The notes under the pieces are model-generated. The model was given only the letters and a program-made list of their open reading frames with translations, was not told the DNA's origin and did no database searches. From Candidatus Bathyarchaeota archaeon (GTDB taxonomy: Archaea; Thermoproteota; Bathyarchaeia; Bathyarchaeales; Bathycorpusculaceae), in contig CAWFFH010000003.1 in the NCBI GenBank assembly GCA_963815095.1, positions 1,248,001 to 1,312,000 on the forward strand: 64,000 nt of DNA, given 5' to 3'. Shown in pieces: positions 29,202-39,860 of the stretch. Made by a program: the position numbers and the translations under genes. Every line of letters starts with the position of its first letter. Position 1 is the first letter of the stretch.

Positions 29202-30248
29202 ATGATACTTGATGGAAAAAGAGTCCTTATAACGGGCGGTACCGGATCACTTGGTAAAGTGCTTGTCCGTCGCCTTCTAACTTGTGAGTTGGGTAAGCCA
29301 AAGAAAATCATTGTTTTTTCACGTGACGAAGCAAAACAGCATTTTATGCGTCTTGACTATCTGCATAGACAATCCGCGACAGACGATATAATTTATCACA
29401 ATTCACAAGAGTTGTTGACATTCCGTATAGGAGACGTTCGAGATTTTCATAGTGTTTCGGCGGCTATGCGCGAAGCAGATATAGTTTTTCAAGCAGCAGC
29501 ATTGAAACAAGTGCCAACGTGCGAATATTTTCCTTTCGAGGCCGTTCAAACTAACATTTGTGGAGCTGAAAATATAGTTCGATCCATAAAAGAGTACCAG
29601 TTGCCTGTTGAGACAGTAATAGGTGTATCTACTGATAAAGCCTGCAAGCCTGTAAACGTGATGGGCATGACTAAAGCTATACAAGAAAGAATTTTTATTA
29701 ATGCCAACATCAACTGTCCCGAAACGCGATTTGCATGTGTACGCTATGGAAATGTTTTAGCTTCTCGCGGCTCTGTAATTCCATTATTCCATGACCAGAT
29801 TCGAAAAGGCGGACCTGTAACGATAACTACTCCAGAAATGACGCGGTTCCTCTTATCCCTGGACCAAGGTGTTGACACAATCTTCGCAGCATTAAAAGAA
29901 GCAAATCCGGGAGAAACTTACATTCCTCGCATTCACTCGGCAAAGGTTGTTGACATTGCTGATTTGTTGATTGGAAATCGTCCAATAAAAAAAATCTTCA
30001 CAAGCATAAGGCCTGGCGAGAAAGTTCACGAAATCTTGGTTTCCGAAGAGGAAATCAGTAGAACCGTTGACCGAAGAGAGTATTTTGCGATTAAGCCTAT
30101 TCTTCCAGAAATAATTCAAAATTCTGAAGAAAAACCTGCAATTCAAAAGGAGTTCAGTTCAGCTGATTTCGTAATGACTACAAAACAGCTTGAAGAACTG
30201 CTTAAAAGGAATCAGTTAATGATAAATGAAAAAATTGCTTTCGATTAA
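29202..30248 (+). CDS. UDP-GlcNAc 4,6-dehydratase/epimerase (FnlA/CapE-like)
   Basis: TGGTGSLG, FSRDEAKQ, AAALKQVP, STDKA and RYGNVLASRGSV motifs. Confidence 0.9.
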   Translation: MILDGKRVLITGGTGSLGKVLVRRLLTCELGKPKKIIVFSRDEAKQHFMRLDYLHRQSATDDIIYHNSQELLTFRIGDVRDFHSVSAAMREADIVFQAAALKQVPTCEYFPFEAVQTNICGAENIVRSIKEYQLPVETVIGVSTDKACKPVNVMGMTKAIQERIFINANINCPETRFACVRYGNVLASRGSVIPLFHDQIRKGGPVTITTPEMTRFLLSLDQGVDTIFAALKEANPGETYIPRIHSAKVVDIADLLIGNRPIKKIFTSIRPGEKVHEILVSEEEISRTVDRREYFAIKPILPEIIQNSEEKPAIQKEFSSADFVMTTKQLEELLKRNQLMINEKIAFD

Positions 30249-30262
30249 AGTCTGATGATCAT

Positions 30263-31357
30263 ATGAAAATCCTAACAATCTTGGGAACGCGACCGGAGAT
30301 TATTCGTTTAAGCAGAATAATCCCGATGCTTGATGAACATTGCAATCACATATTAGTTCATACTGGGCAGAATTATGACCGCAATTTAAACGAGATTTTT
30401 TTCGGAGAACTTGGAATTCGTGGTCCAGACTACGTATTTGATGGCAAAGCCAAAACTTCGACAGCCGCGATAAGTCAAATTCTTGTTGATTCCGAAAATG
30501 TTCTTGCCAAAGAAAAGCCTGATCGTGTGCTGATTCTGGGCGACACAAATAGTGCCTTATCAGCTTTTGTTGCAAAGCGTATGGCGATCCCCGTATTCCA
30601 TATGGAGGCAGGCAATCGCTGTTATGATGACCGTGTTCCAGAGGAAGTAAACCGTCGAGTTATTGACCATTGCAGTGATGTTCTTATGCCCTACACGGAG
30701 AAAAGCAGATTTAATCTTTTGAAAGAGGGCATTGCATCTAACAGAATTTTCGTTACAGGAAATCCAATCAAAGAAATACTTGATTATTATTCTACGCAGA
30801 TAGATAACAGTAAAGCTTTGAATGACCTCAATTTAGAACCAGGGTAAATATTTTCTTGTTACACTTCATCGGGCCAAAACGTCGATATTGAAGAACGCTT
30901 GAAAAATTTTATTAAGGCACTGAAAATGCTGTATACTAAGTACGGTATTCCTATTGTATGTAGTCTCCATCCTAGAACCCGTTCTCAATTGAAAAAACGA
31001 TCACTCATAATGAATGGAGATGGCATTATAACATCGGATCCTTGGGGTTTGTTCGACTTTGTGCGGCTCGAAAAGAATGCAGCTTGCGTTTTAACGGATA
31101 GCGGAACCGTTCAAGAAGAATGTTGTATATTCAAAGTTGCTAATGTAACTCTCAGAGATGTAACTGAAAGACCTGAAACCTTGGAAGTGGGCAGCAACAT
31201 ACTTAGCGGTGCCAATCCGGAATCAATTCTTAGATGCGTAGACCTAGTTTTTAACCGACCTAAAGTTTGGGTGCCTCCGCCAGAATATCTTGTGAGCAAC
31301 GTAAGCAGTATTGTGACAAAAATAATTCTTGGAAACCTGACCAAAATGTCTAATTAA
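30263..31357 (+). CDS. UDP-HexNAc 2-epimerase (FnlC-like), split by two compensating indels near 30843 and 30876
   Basis: GTRPEIIRL, HMEAGNR and TDSGTVQEE motifs; both halves are in the same frame, and removing one G and restoring one G gives EPGKYFLVTLHRAENVD. Confidence 0.85.
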
Positions 31358-31450
31358 ACTGATCAAGCATGGTTTTGTTAGCAATCATTATGGCTATGTT
31401 GAAGAGTTTAAATCTGTGTAGATTGAATATCGAATAGGCTGGAACAAAGT

Positions 31451-32176
31451 TTGAAGATATTAATCACTGGAGCTTCTGGAAAACTGGGAACTGAACTACT
31501 CAAAGTCATTCCCTACGCACTTCACCCATCTAGTCAGGAGCTGGATATAACCGATCAGAAACAGGTTTTTAAGTTTTTAGAAGCAGAAAAACCTGAGTTA
31601 ATAGTGCATTGTGCTGCAATAACGGGGGTAAGAGAATGCGAGGAAAATCGGGAGAAAGCTTGGCAGGTAAATGTTGAAGGAACTGAGAACTTAGTTTCTG
31701 CTCTTGAGAAAACCAAAAACGAGTGCTATTTAGTTTATGTTTCTACTGCTTGCGTATTCTCCGGTGACCGAGGTAATTACGTTGAAACAGATCTACCTTA
31801 TCCGAAAAATTTTTACGCATTAACTAAATTACTAAGCGAATCAGTAGTCCAACACTCAAAAGTGGGAAAATGGCTAATAATAAGAACAAACTTTGTGGGA
31901 AGAGAGCAGTGGCCATACGAACGTGCATTCGTAGACAGGTTCGGCACCTATCTTTTCGCGGATGACCTATCTTTGGCTATAGCTGAGGTTACCAAAAAGG
32001 GGCTCACAGGGATCGTACATGTTTGCGGGGAAGAAAAGATGTCCATGTTTGATTTGGCTAAAATAACTACCCCTGATGTGAAGCCCATGACTCTGTTAGA
32101 ATATAAAGGTCCACCTTTGACAGTAAATATGACTTTAAAGTCCATAAAAATAGGTGCCTTCAAAATAACAAAATAG
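31451..32176 (+). CDS. RmlD-like NDP-4-keto-6-deoxyhexose reductase
   Basis: GASGKLG, HCAA, STACVF and YALTK motifs. Confidence 0.85.
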   Translation: MKILITGASGKLGTELLKVIPYALHPSSQELDITDQKQVFKFLEAEKPELIVHCAAITGVRECEENREKAWQVNVEGTENLVSALEKTKNECYLVYVSTACVFSGDRGNYVETDLPYPKNFYALTKLLSESVVQHSKVGKWLIIRTNFVGREQWPYERAFVDRFGTYLFADDLSLAIAEVTKKGLTGIVHVCGEEKMSMFDLAKITTPDVKPMTLLEYKGPPLTVNMTLKSIKIGAFKITK

Positions 32177-32366
32177 CTGTTAAATTTCATACTTGAAGAT
32201 AATTGGTATGCTTTCAAAACAAAGGCTACCTGTAAAAATGCAATAAAAGATATTAAAAAATTAAGCTTTAACCTAAAAAAACAACCTTTTCGTTTTCTTC
32301 ACGAGAAGTAGAAAGGCTATTAAAGGTTAAACCAGTTTAACACCAATTTGGAGCTTTGGGAAAAAT

Positions 32367-33266
32367 ATGACTTTAGATGTAAGTATAGTCATTCCAACCT
32401 ACAACCAAGATCCGGAATATTTGACCCAAGCAATTGAAAGTGTAGTGCAACAGTCGTATCCAAAACAGAAGTATGAAATTTTAGTTGTTGATGACGGAAG
32501 TACAAAAATTCTACCTGATTCTGTCATCGAAAAGTTTCGCAATGAAAAAAATCTGCGTCTAATAAAGAAAAAACACGGTGGAACAGGCCACACTTTAAAC
32601 GTCGGAATTATGCATATGCGAGGCAAATATTTCAAGTGGCTCAGCTCTGATGATGCTTTGCTTGAAAATTCGTTGGAAATCTTCATGAGCCAATCCCCTC
32701 ACGAAAAAAAAATTTTGTACGGTGATTGGCTAAAAATTAATGAAAAAGGAGAAATATTCACGGTCCAACATGAACCTGCATTTGAGACTGCAGAAGCTGC
32801 TGAACGTTACCTTTGGTGCTATTTTTTTGGTAATGGAACTGCATCCCTAATCCCAAAATCCGCTTTCGTTGAAGTTGGTCTTTTTGATTCTTTGCGATAT
32901 TTCGAAGATTACGATTGGTGGCTAAGGGCAATGTTCCTGCACAATTATTCCTTTAAACACATCGATAAGATTGTTGCGAAATATCGTTTTCATTCTTCTC
33001 AATTAACATCGAACGTAGAAGCTCATCCTATAGACAAGGCATTGGTTAATTGGATGATTAGGAGACGAGTGTATTTGGCTATGGACGAAACTAAACGCTC
33101 AAATGTTAGTCCAGTTCCATCGCTCGCTTTCCTAAGCAAACGGTTACTGTTTATAAAAGGCTCTACATTGTACAGTAAAATAACCGAATCTGCAAATGAA
33201 GCTTCCAAAATTAAATTGGCAAAAGTTCCCGCTCTATTGTATTCGGCACTTCAATCGCTTGCGTAA
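32367..33266 (+). CDS. GT2 glycosyltransferase
   Basis: IPTYNQ, VDDGS, LSSDD and EDYDWW motifs. Confidence 0.9.
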   Translation: MTLDVSIVIPTYNQDPEYLTQAIESVVQQSYPKQKYEILVVDDGSTKILPDSVIEKFRNEKNLRLIKKKHGGTGHTLNVGIMHMRGKYFKWLSSDDALLENSLEIFMSQSPHEKKILYGDWLKINEKGEIFTVQHEPAFETAEAAERYLWCYFFGNGTASLIPKSAFVEVGLFDSLRYFEDYDWWLRAMFLHNYSFKHIDKIVAKYRFHSSQLTSNVEAHPIDKALVNWMIRRRVYLAMDETKRSNVSPVPSLAFLSKRLLFIKGSTLYSKITESANEASKIKLAKVPALLYSALQSLA

Positions 33267-33830
33267 CTATGTTACGGGTTCTTCGTTAGCTTGCAGTCTT
33301 TCATTTGTGAAGCCCTATTTGTCTATCTAAGCTTCCAAGGTTTTCATCGATGCGGATATAGGATTAGTCGTTATCATAAGTTTGCTTAGATCTATGCCGC
33401 TAAAATTTCCAGAGATAGATTTGGAAATGAGAACTCCCTTTGTTCGCTTACTTCAAATCAGGTTTTGTAAAGTAGTCATTTTCCTTTTTTCAATATAAAT
33501 TTTCAGTATGGGTTAACTTACGTTTCAGTTACTTCTACGTCCAGGCTTCATTTCCATTTTACTTTTGGCTAGGCTAATTTTAATAAAAGAAATAAATTTT
33601 CAGAATTGCTTTGTGGAGTTGATGTTCAATTTAAATCCCGAAGAGTTAGGTCACAAACACAAAAAGGCGCAAATAAATGTTCAAACAGAATCATAGTTCA
33701 AAAAATAAAAAAGGGATGATGTGGCATCACTCTTCAGGTATCTGGGATTTAATGTTGACTATAACGTGTTAATCGGTGATTCCATCATTTGTTTGCTAAA
33801 AAAGTTAGAGAAGGAATTTTCGGCAAGATC

Positions 33831-34793
33831 CTATTTTTGGTTCTTTAGGTTTGCGATTACCTTGTCTAGTCCTTCGCTTAAAGTATATTTTGGTGACCAG
33901 TTGACGTCTTTCTTAATTTTCTCAGCATCAAGCACTAGGTAGGGTTGGTCAGATGATAGTGGTCTAAGCGGGTACCCTGGAGGATAAGATCCGAATTTTA
34001 TCCTCTTAGTCTCGTATCCTAACTTCTTGGCTATCATTTCAACCAGTTGCCTATTTGTTACTCCGATTCCAGTGCCTGCGTTGTAAACTTGTCCATCTGC
34101 TTTTGGATTTTTGGCGACAAGAAGATAAGCATTAACGTGGTCATCCACATACATGTAATCCCTCACGGAGTCAGGGGCGCCAATATACAAGCTACCGTCT
34201 TTCAGCATCTGAGTGATTAAGTATTCAATCATGAAATTCCTTTCAAATTTCCTGCCGTAAGAGTTGGTTGGTCTCATTACCGTGCCATGGAGATCAAAGG
34301 AATTAAACATCATCTGCAAGTACAAGTCCCCTGCGGCTTTAGTTACCGCGTAAGGACTTGACGGTTTTAGCGAAAGTGTCTCTTTTAGTGGCTCATTTCC
34401 TTGTATACCATACACTTCAGCGGTTGAGGCGGCAATCAACCTTCGTTTTTGTGGGTCAGGTAACTCTAATAATGAATGAGCTACGTTCATAGTGCCTGTG
34501 AAATTCGCCTGTTGATATTCAAATGGACGCTCGAAGGAATCGCGAACTGGACTTAGGGCGGCTAAGTGAAACACAACATCGGGGTTTGAAATTTTCAGGG
34601 CATTCCGGGTAGATGCATAGTCTGTGATGTCTCCTGATACTAGTGTTACGTCTTTGACAGTTTTACCGAGTACATCCAAGTTTCTGCTAGCTACGCGACG
34701 GACAAGTCCATAAACCTCGTTTCCCTCATTCACCAGTTTCTCTGCAAGATTACTTCCAATGAAACCCAGTATTCCTGTAATGAGCGCTTTCAT
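33831..34793 (-). CDS. NAD-dependent nucleotide-sugar epimerase/dehydratase
   Basis: GILGFIG, HLAA, STAEVYG and YAVTK motifs. Confidence 0.88.
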   Translation of the reverse strand: MKALITGILGFIGSNLAEKLVNEGNEVYGLVRRVASRNLDVLGKTVKDVTLVSGDITDYASTRNALKISNPDVVFHLAALSPVRDSFERPFEYQQANFTGTMNVAHSLLELPDPQKRRLIAASTAEVYGIQGNEPLKETLSLKPSSPYAVTKAAGDLYLQMMFNSFDLHGTVMRPTNSYGRKFERNFMIEYLITQMLKDGSLYIGAPDSVRDYMYVDDHVNAYLLVAKNPKADGQVYNAGTGIGVTNRQLVEMIAKKLGYETKRIKFGSYPPGYPLRPLSSDQPYLVLDAEKIKKDVNWSPKYTLSEGLDKVIANLKNQK

Positions 34794-35509
34794 TTTTTAG
34801 GACCTCGTATAGATTCAAATTCTTTTTCCGCTACTGATAAGTCTTTAATGCTATTAATGGTTAGCCATCGCTCATTCTTGCTAAAGCGGTATGCTTTAAG
34901 GAGTCTTTTTTCTGCGAGCGCTGGAAAAGCTGTTTTCTCAATAGCTCCTGTAGTTGGCAAATAGTCACAAATGGCATGATTGAAAACATAAATACCTGCA
35001 TTTATCAACTTGTCCTCAAGCAAAGGCTTTTCTTTGAATTCCACAATGTCATTCCCATTTAACTCAAGCACTGCGAATGGTGATTGCATGGGTGACACCG
35101 CGATTGTTGCTATGCCTTTTTGGCAAAAATGGAAATCGACAAATTTCTCAAGGTTCAAGTTTGTTAGTTCGTCGCCGTTCATAGCGAGGAAATTTTCGTC
35201 GTTCACGTGTCTTTTAATGGCTAGTCGAAAACCTTCTCCCGTTTCACCTTCTTGAGTATGCTCACTGAAATCAACACAGATTCCAACGGGGTTTTCTTTA
35301 ACATAGTTAATTACTGCTTCTTTGCGGTGAGAAACGCCTAGAACCACATGTTCAAAGCCCTGGTCTCGAAGCCAACTGAGTGTCCAATGCAAAAGAGGTT
35401 TTCCACGTAAGGGGATCATACATTTAGGCAGGTCTTCTGTGAGAGGTCGCATGCGAAGCCCTGATCCACCCACAAGAACTACAGCAGTTCGAATTTTCAG
35501 CGTCATCAT
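34790..35509 (-). CDS. sugar-phosphate nucleotidyltransferase (mannose-1-P guanylyltransferase-like)
   Basis: GGSGLRMRPLT..PK, NGD and FKEKP motifs. Confidence 0.85.
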   Translation of the reverse strand: MMTLKIRTAVVLVGGSGLRMRPLTEDLPKCMIPLRGKPLLHWTLSWLRDQGFEHVVLGVSHRKEAVINYVKENPVGICVDFSEHTQEGETGEGFRLAIKRHVNDENFLAMNGDELTNLNLEKFVDFHFCQKGIATIAVSPMQSPFAVLELNGNDIVEFKEKPLLEDKLINAGIYVFNHAICDYLPTTGAIEKTAFPALAEKRLLKAYRFSKNERWLTINSIKDLSVAEKEFESIRGPKK

Positions 35510-35659
35510 TGGTCACTTTAGAGTTTCCTGAATTATTGGAAGCACTTTATACACTTTGAAGTCTTTAAGGTTTATGTGATTATACCTAAATTCAAACAAA
35601 TGTTTTTAGCGCCATTTTATTTATTAGAAGGCTGCTTTCTAAATAGAAAATGGTGCAAC

Positions 35660-37726
35660 ATGAAGATAATCAACTTGTTAACTGGTAGAGAATTTGGGGT
35701 TTTATCAGTATCTATTCTTTACGTTGTACTTTCTGTTTTCTTTCTTTTTGGTTTAATAGTTAGCTCTGGAGACGTAGCACAGGGCGATTGGGGAACTCCT
35801 TTAACTGCAAGTGCAGCAGTGAACGATTTTAGCTCCCGCCTGTTTGTTCATTCATACAATGGTTTTGGTGAACCAAGTATGGGACGTTTTGGTCTTCCTT
35901 TTTTCCAGTTTTTTAATGCTGCTTTGGCTCCACTTGGTTTCGTGGGTGGAGTTGAAATCAAAATTTTATCAGTTTTCCTTGTTGCTTTGGGAGGAATAAC
36001 TGCTTACATCCTGGCAAGATCATTTCGGTTAAACAAACTTTCTTCTTTTTTGTGCGGATTATTTTTCATGACTACCCCCGTAGTTTTCAACTGGCTTATG
36101 TTCGGATGGATCTACTACTTAATTGCCTACGACCTTTTTCCGCTCATGATTCTCGCATCCAAGAAATTCATAGAAACAAATCAAATACGCTTTGCGTTAA
36201 TTAATGGCTTGATTTTGGTGGCTGCTACCTCTCAGCCTGCTTTTCTCTTGGTTTTCCCAACGGTGGGTTTTCTTTTTGTTTTGTTTGAATGTCGAGGCTT
36301 CTTTAATGCTGTGTGGAAAGGGTTGTCCTTCACTTTTGTTTCTTTATCCGTTTGGTTTTTATCAGCTCTGAGCTTTTTTACATCATACAATAATGGTGAA
36401 ACATTATCTTTCTACCATGGTGACTATTTTGGAGTAATTCAGGATCAATTTAGAAATTTCGCGAACATCATAAATCCAACCCGATTGTGGGGAAGCACGT
36501 ATAACTTTCAGTTTGAAACCTATTTTTTCCATGATCTAATTATTTTGTCTTTTGTTCCAATAGTTTTGGCTGCGGTGGCGTTGTTGTGGAGACCGAAAGA
36601 TAAGCGGGTGCTTTTCTTCTTTCTGACTTATCTGTTTGCCCTTTTTGCTTATGTTATCTATAATAATCTGCAATTTTTGGTTTTTAATTTGCCCTTCGGC
36701 GGCGTATTTGAGGCTCCGAGTGTTTTTTTGGTTCCCGCAAGTCTTGGTTTAGCGTTCTTAATTGGTTACTTCAATAATATTCTTCCTTCTTGGAGCAAAT
36801 TTAGTCGCATCTTCCGTGTTCGCTTGGTCAAGCACGCCTCTTTTCTCTTGCTTTTAGTTGTAGTTATCTCTGTTGGCATTCCATGGTGGAGTGGTCAAAC
36901 TTCAGGTGAGCCACTTCGTGGTCCTACTACAAAATTGAATTTGTATTCTATGCCTTCTGGTTTTACAGAATGGAACAAGAATGCTTCAAGTAACGGGGAC
37001 TACTTTGTGCTTTATGTGCCCTTTGATACTAATCTGCAGATTGCAAATAGTACTTATTTCTCTCAAACGTACGAGGGCGTTAACATGGGCGTTTTTACAG
37101 AAGTTAATAATTTGCCTTATGTTTCTGTTACTAATTCTTCCTTGTTTTTGGGTGAGTTGATGAGTGGAGCTTCGGGCCTTGCTGAGAGCTGGGGCAACTT
37201 TAGTATAAAGTATGTAGTGGTTTACACTGATGTTTTGAGTGCTTATAATATGACTGATATTTTGGCTCATTTATCCATCGAGGAAGGATTGGTGGAGATT
37301 GAGCGTTTACCGGGGGTTGTTGTTTTTGAGAACTCGTTTGCTAAACCAGTAATTTATACCGACAACAATAGTGCTGAGATGCAAATCACATATTCTGACC
37401 CGACTTTGTTTAAGATCCAAGTTAACTCAACCATGCCCTTTTCAATAGTATTTAACCAGCTTTACTCTAACAGTTGGCGTGCTTGGGTTAACAACACTGC
37501 TTTGTCTGATTCAGCCCACTTCAAAAACCCCGATGGCTTTAATTGTTGGCAAATAAACCAAACTGGAAATATGACTATTGACCTTTACTACGAGCCGCAA
37601 ACAACCTACTTGATCAGTACAATAATATCAATAAGTACTCTAATTGTTATTTTGGTTTATCTATTACTTGTACTTATCCGAAAAAAGCTAAGCGTTACGC
37701 TTGTAGGTCGCTTGAGAAAAGTTTGA
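35660..37726 (+). CDS. large polytopic membrane protein, GT-C/YfhO-like (paralogue of 24654-26777)
   Basis: Shares QGDW, EIKIL, LMFGW, WGSTYNFQFETYF, PWW.GQTSG and YYEPQT blocks with its paralogue. Confidence 0.7.
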   Translation: MKIINLLTGREFGVLSVSILYVVLSVFFLFGLIVSSGDVAQGDWGTPLTASAAVNDFSSRLFVHSYNGFGEPSMGRFGLPFFQFFNAALAPLGFVGGVEIKILSVFLVALGGITAYILARSFRLNKLSSFLCGLFFMTTPVVFNWLMFGWIYYLIAYDLFPLMILASKKFIETNQIRFALINGLILVAATSQPAFLLVFPTVGFLFVLFECRGFFNAVWKGLSFTFVSLSVWFLSALSFFTSYNNGETLSFYHGDYFGVIQDQFRNFANIINPTRLWGSTYNFQFETYFFHDLIILSFVPIVLAAVALLWRPKDKRVLFFFLTYLFALFAYVIYNNLQFLVFNLPFGGVFEAPSVFLVPASLGLAFLIGYFNNILPSWSKFSRIFRVRLVKHASFLLLLVVVISVGIPWWSGQTSGEPLRGPTTKLNLYSMPSGFTEWNKNASSNGDYFVLYVPFDTNLQIANSTYFSQTYEGVNMGVFTEVNNLPYVSVTNSSLFLGELMSGASGLAESWGNFSIKYVVVYTDVLSAYNMTDILAHLSIEEGLVEIERLPGVVVFENSFAKPVIYTDNNSAEMQITYSDPTLFKIQVNSTMPFSIVFNQLYSNSWRAWVNNTALSDSAHFKNPDGFNCWQINQTGNMTIDLYYEPQTTYLISTIISISTLIVILVYLLLVLIRKKLSVTLVGRLRKV

Positions 37727-38127
37727 TGGGTTTGTCTCTGTTTGTGGTTTTATCGGTGAAATTCTAAAATAATGTTACCTTTGCCCCTTCGTTTCATTAA
37801 TGATGTTTATCATGTTCATCGCGGTTGAATTAATCAAGAAATGCGGTTTTGTGCTTGGATAAAATTAGCCTTCGTTATTTGAAAGTATATAATAATATAT
37901 ATTTAACTTCACATAACGATTGCACTATTAACTGATTTGGGCAGGTTGATAAACAAGTTTGAATAAACTTTCAATATCAAGTGCACGAACGGGTCAAACC
38001 CTACAGCTCAGCAATCAATTGTTTCAATTAACTCAGTTATTTCAATTGGCGGTGACTGAGTAATTAACAGTTTTTCAAGAATTGAGGGAATTTCTCCCTA
38101 TTTATTTTAAGCTCATTTGGTGATTTA

Positions 38128-39209
38128 TTGAACATTTGCCTTCTAACCAACAACGCAAATATGAATACAGGTCACGGCATTGATAGGTACGCTTTAGAAT
38201 TAATCAAGAGGATAAACCATAATCACGATTAACAGTTTTAAATCAGGGTAATTTGTCGAACGGTATTTACTGGGCTTTGAATGAGTTGATTCAGCCTATG
38301 AGAGCCATTTCTGTTCATGCTGATATTTATCATGCTGTTTCTCAACAAATCGCTAAAGCAGCACTATTTACAATGAAGCGGCCGTTGGTGACGACTATTC
38401 ATGATTTAATTCCATTCAAAAATTCATTAACTGCATTCTATACGGATAAAGACTTATCGGGTGATTCTCTTCGCTTTAAGTATATGCAATTTTGTACTTT
38501 GATCGCTGCAAAAAGTGACTTAATAATAGCTCCATTTGAAATAACTCGTAAAGATATTGTCTCTGAGTTAAAAGTTAGTAATAAGAAAATTAGGGTAATT
38601 TCTTACGGAGTAGACACTGTATTTTTCAAGCCTCTTGAATTATCTAATGCTGAAAATAAGAAGAAAGGCGGGAAAAGGGTAGTTCTCACTGTTGGTGGTT
38701 TTAATCCTCGAAAAGGTACCGACAAGTTGATGGAGGCATTTGCAAAAGTTGTAAGAGAACACCCCAATGTTGAATTGTGGATTTGTGGGAAATGGAATTT
38801 TTATCATGGTAACGCTCTAGCGAAAGAACTTGGCATTATTGACAACGTGAAAATACTAGGTCATGTTCCAGATTCCTTACTTCCTACATACTATAATTTG
38901 GCCGATTTAGTTGTTTTGCCCTACAGAATCGGTTTTTCCTTACCTGTTCTGGAAGCCATGGCTTGTGGAAAAGCTGTTATTACAAGCGATACAGCTGATT
39001 TGAAGGAGATTGTTGGTGGTTTTGTCGAGATGGTTTGTCCTGTTGATGTGGATAAACTTGCAGAATCCATGAATAATTTACTTTCTGACGATACTGTGAG
39101 AGAAGAGTTGGGTCAACGTGCATTGAGCAAAGCCCAATTATTGTCCTGGGATAAGATGGCAATAAAAACTATGGCGGTTTATTCTGAATTGTTTTCTTCA
39201 AAATTATAA
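38128..39209 (+). CDS. GT4 glycosyltransferase, frameshifted near 38229
   Basis: TTG start after GGTGA gives MNICLLTNN..GIDRYALEL; continues in another frame to TIHDL, RKG and LPVLEAMACG. Confidence 0.8.
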
Positions 39210-39417
39210 TCTTCGAATTAATTCGAAAAACTTCCACATTTGGTTTTTTTGTTTTTCGTTTAATTTTTTCATGGGTGAAAAGATATAATAAGTAAAATAT
39301 TCATAGAGAGCCAAAGAATAGCTCTTTAGGAGAAATATTAAGCATGATGGCAGTTACCAAGTTGCAGGGAGAATTACACGCTCATCCTAAGTTATTAGAT
39401 CAAAATGGTGAGTAAAC

Positions 39418-39819
39418 TTGGAAGAAATCAAATCTAGCACTGGTTCTACAATTGCTATTGTTGTAAGAAGAGATTTCAATAGAGAAGGTGCAAACTTTTT
39501 GTCAAAAGAAACTTTTCCTTTTCAGTTAGGGGTTAGCAGTTATAAGGAAGGACATAAAATTAAAAGTCATTTTCATAAAAAAAGAGAAGTTGTGGTTAAT
39601 AGTATTCAAGAAGTAATTTATTTTAAGAGCGGGAAAGCACTCGTGACCCTCTATGATTTGGATAAGAAGTTGATTAAATCGTTAAGCCTATCGGCAGGAG
39701 ATCTGATATTTCTAGTTGATGGTGGGCATGGATTTGAAATGTCTGAAGATACAACTTTCATTGAAGTGAAGCAAGGGCCTTATTTGGGGAAAGATAAGGA
39801 TAAAGAATTCATCGAGTAA
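39418..39819 (+). CDS. small cupin-fold protein
   Basis: HFH...QE and GGHGF...EVKQGPY motifs. Confidence 0.7.
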   Translation: MEEIKSSTGSTIAIVVRRDFNREGANFLSKETFPFQLGVSSYKEGHKIKSHFHKKREVVVNSIQEVIYFKSGKALVTLYDLDKKLIKSLSLSAGDLIFLVDGGHGFEMSEDTTFIEVKQGPYLGKDKDKEFIE

Positions 39820-39860
39820 GTGAAATGAATATATGGATGCAGATTTGGGTGCGTGATTAA

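Noticed and set aside
30845-30898. In-frame TAA in the 2-epimerase as possible stop-codon readthrough or recoding
   Set aside because: The conserved KYFLVTLHR peptide lies in a shifted frame between two compensating indels, so readthrough would not restore it.
33267-33830. Long intergenic gap with a 9-bp inverted repeat (TTAAATCCC/GGGATTTAA) as a possible MITE
   Set aside because: The repeat is short and AT-rich, with no target-site duplication or second copy seen.
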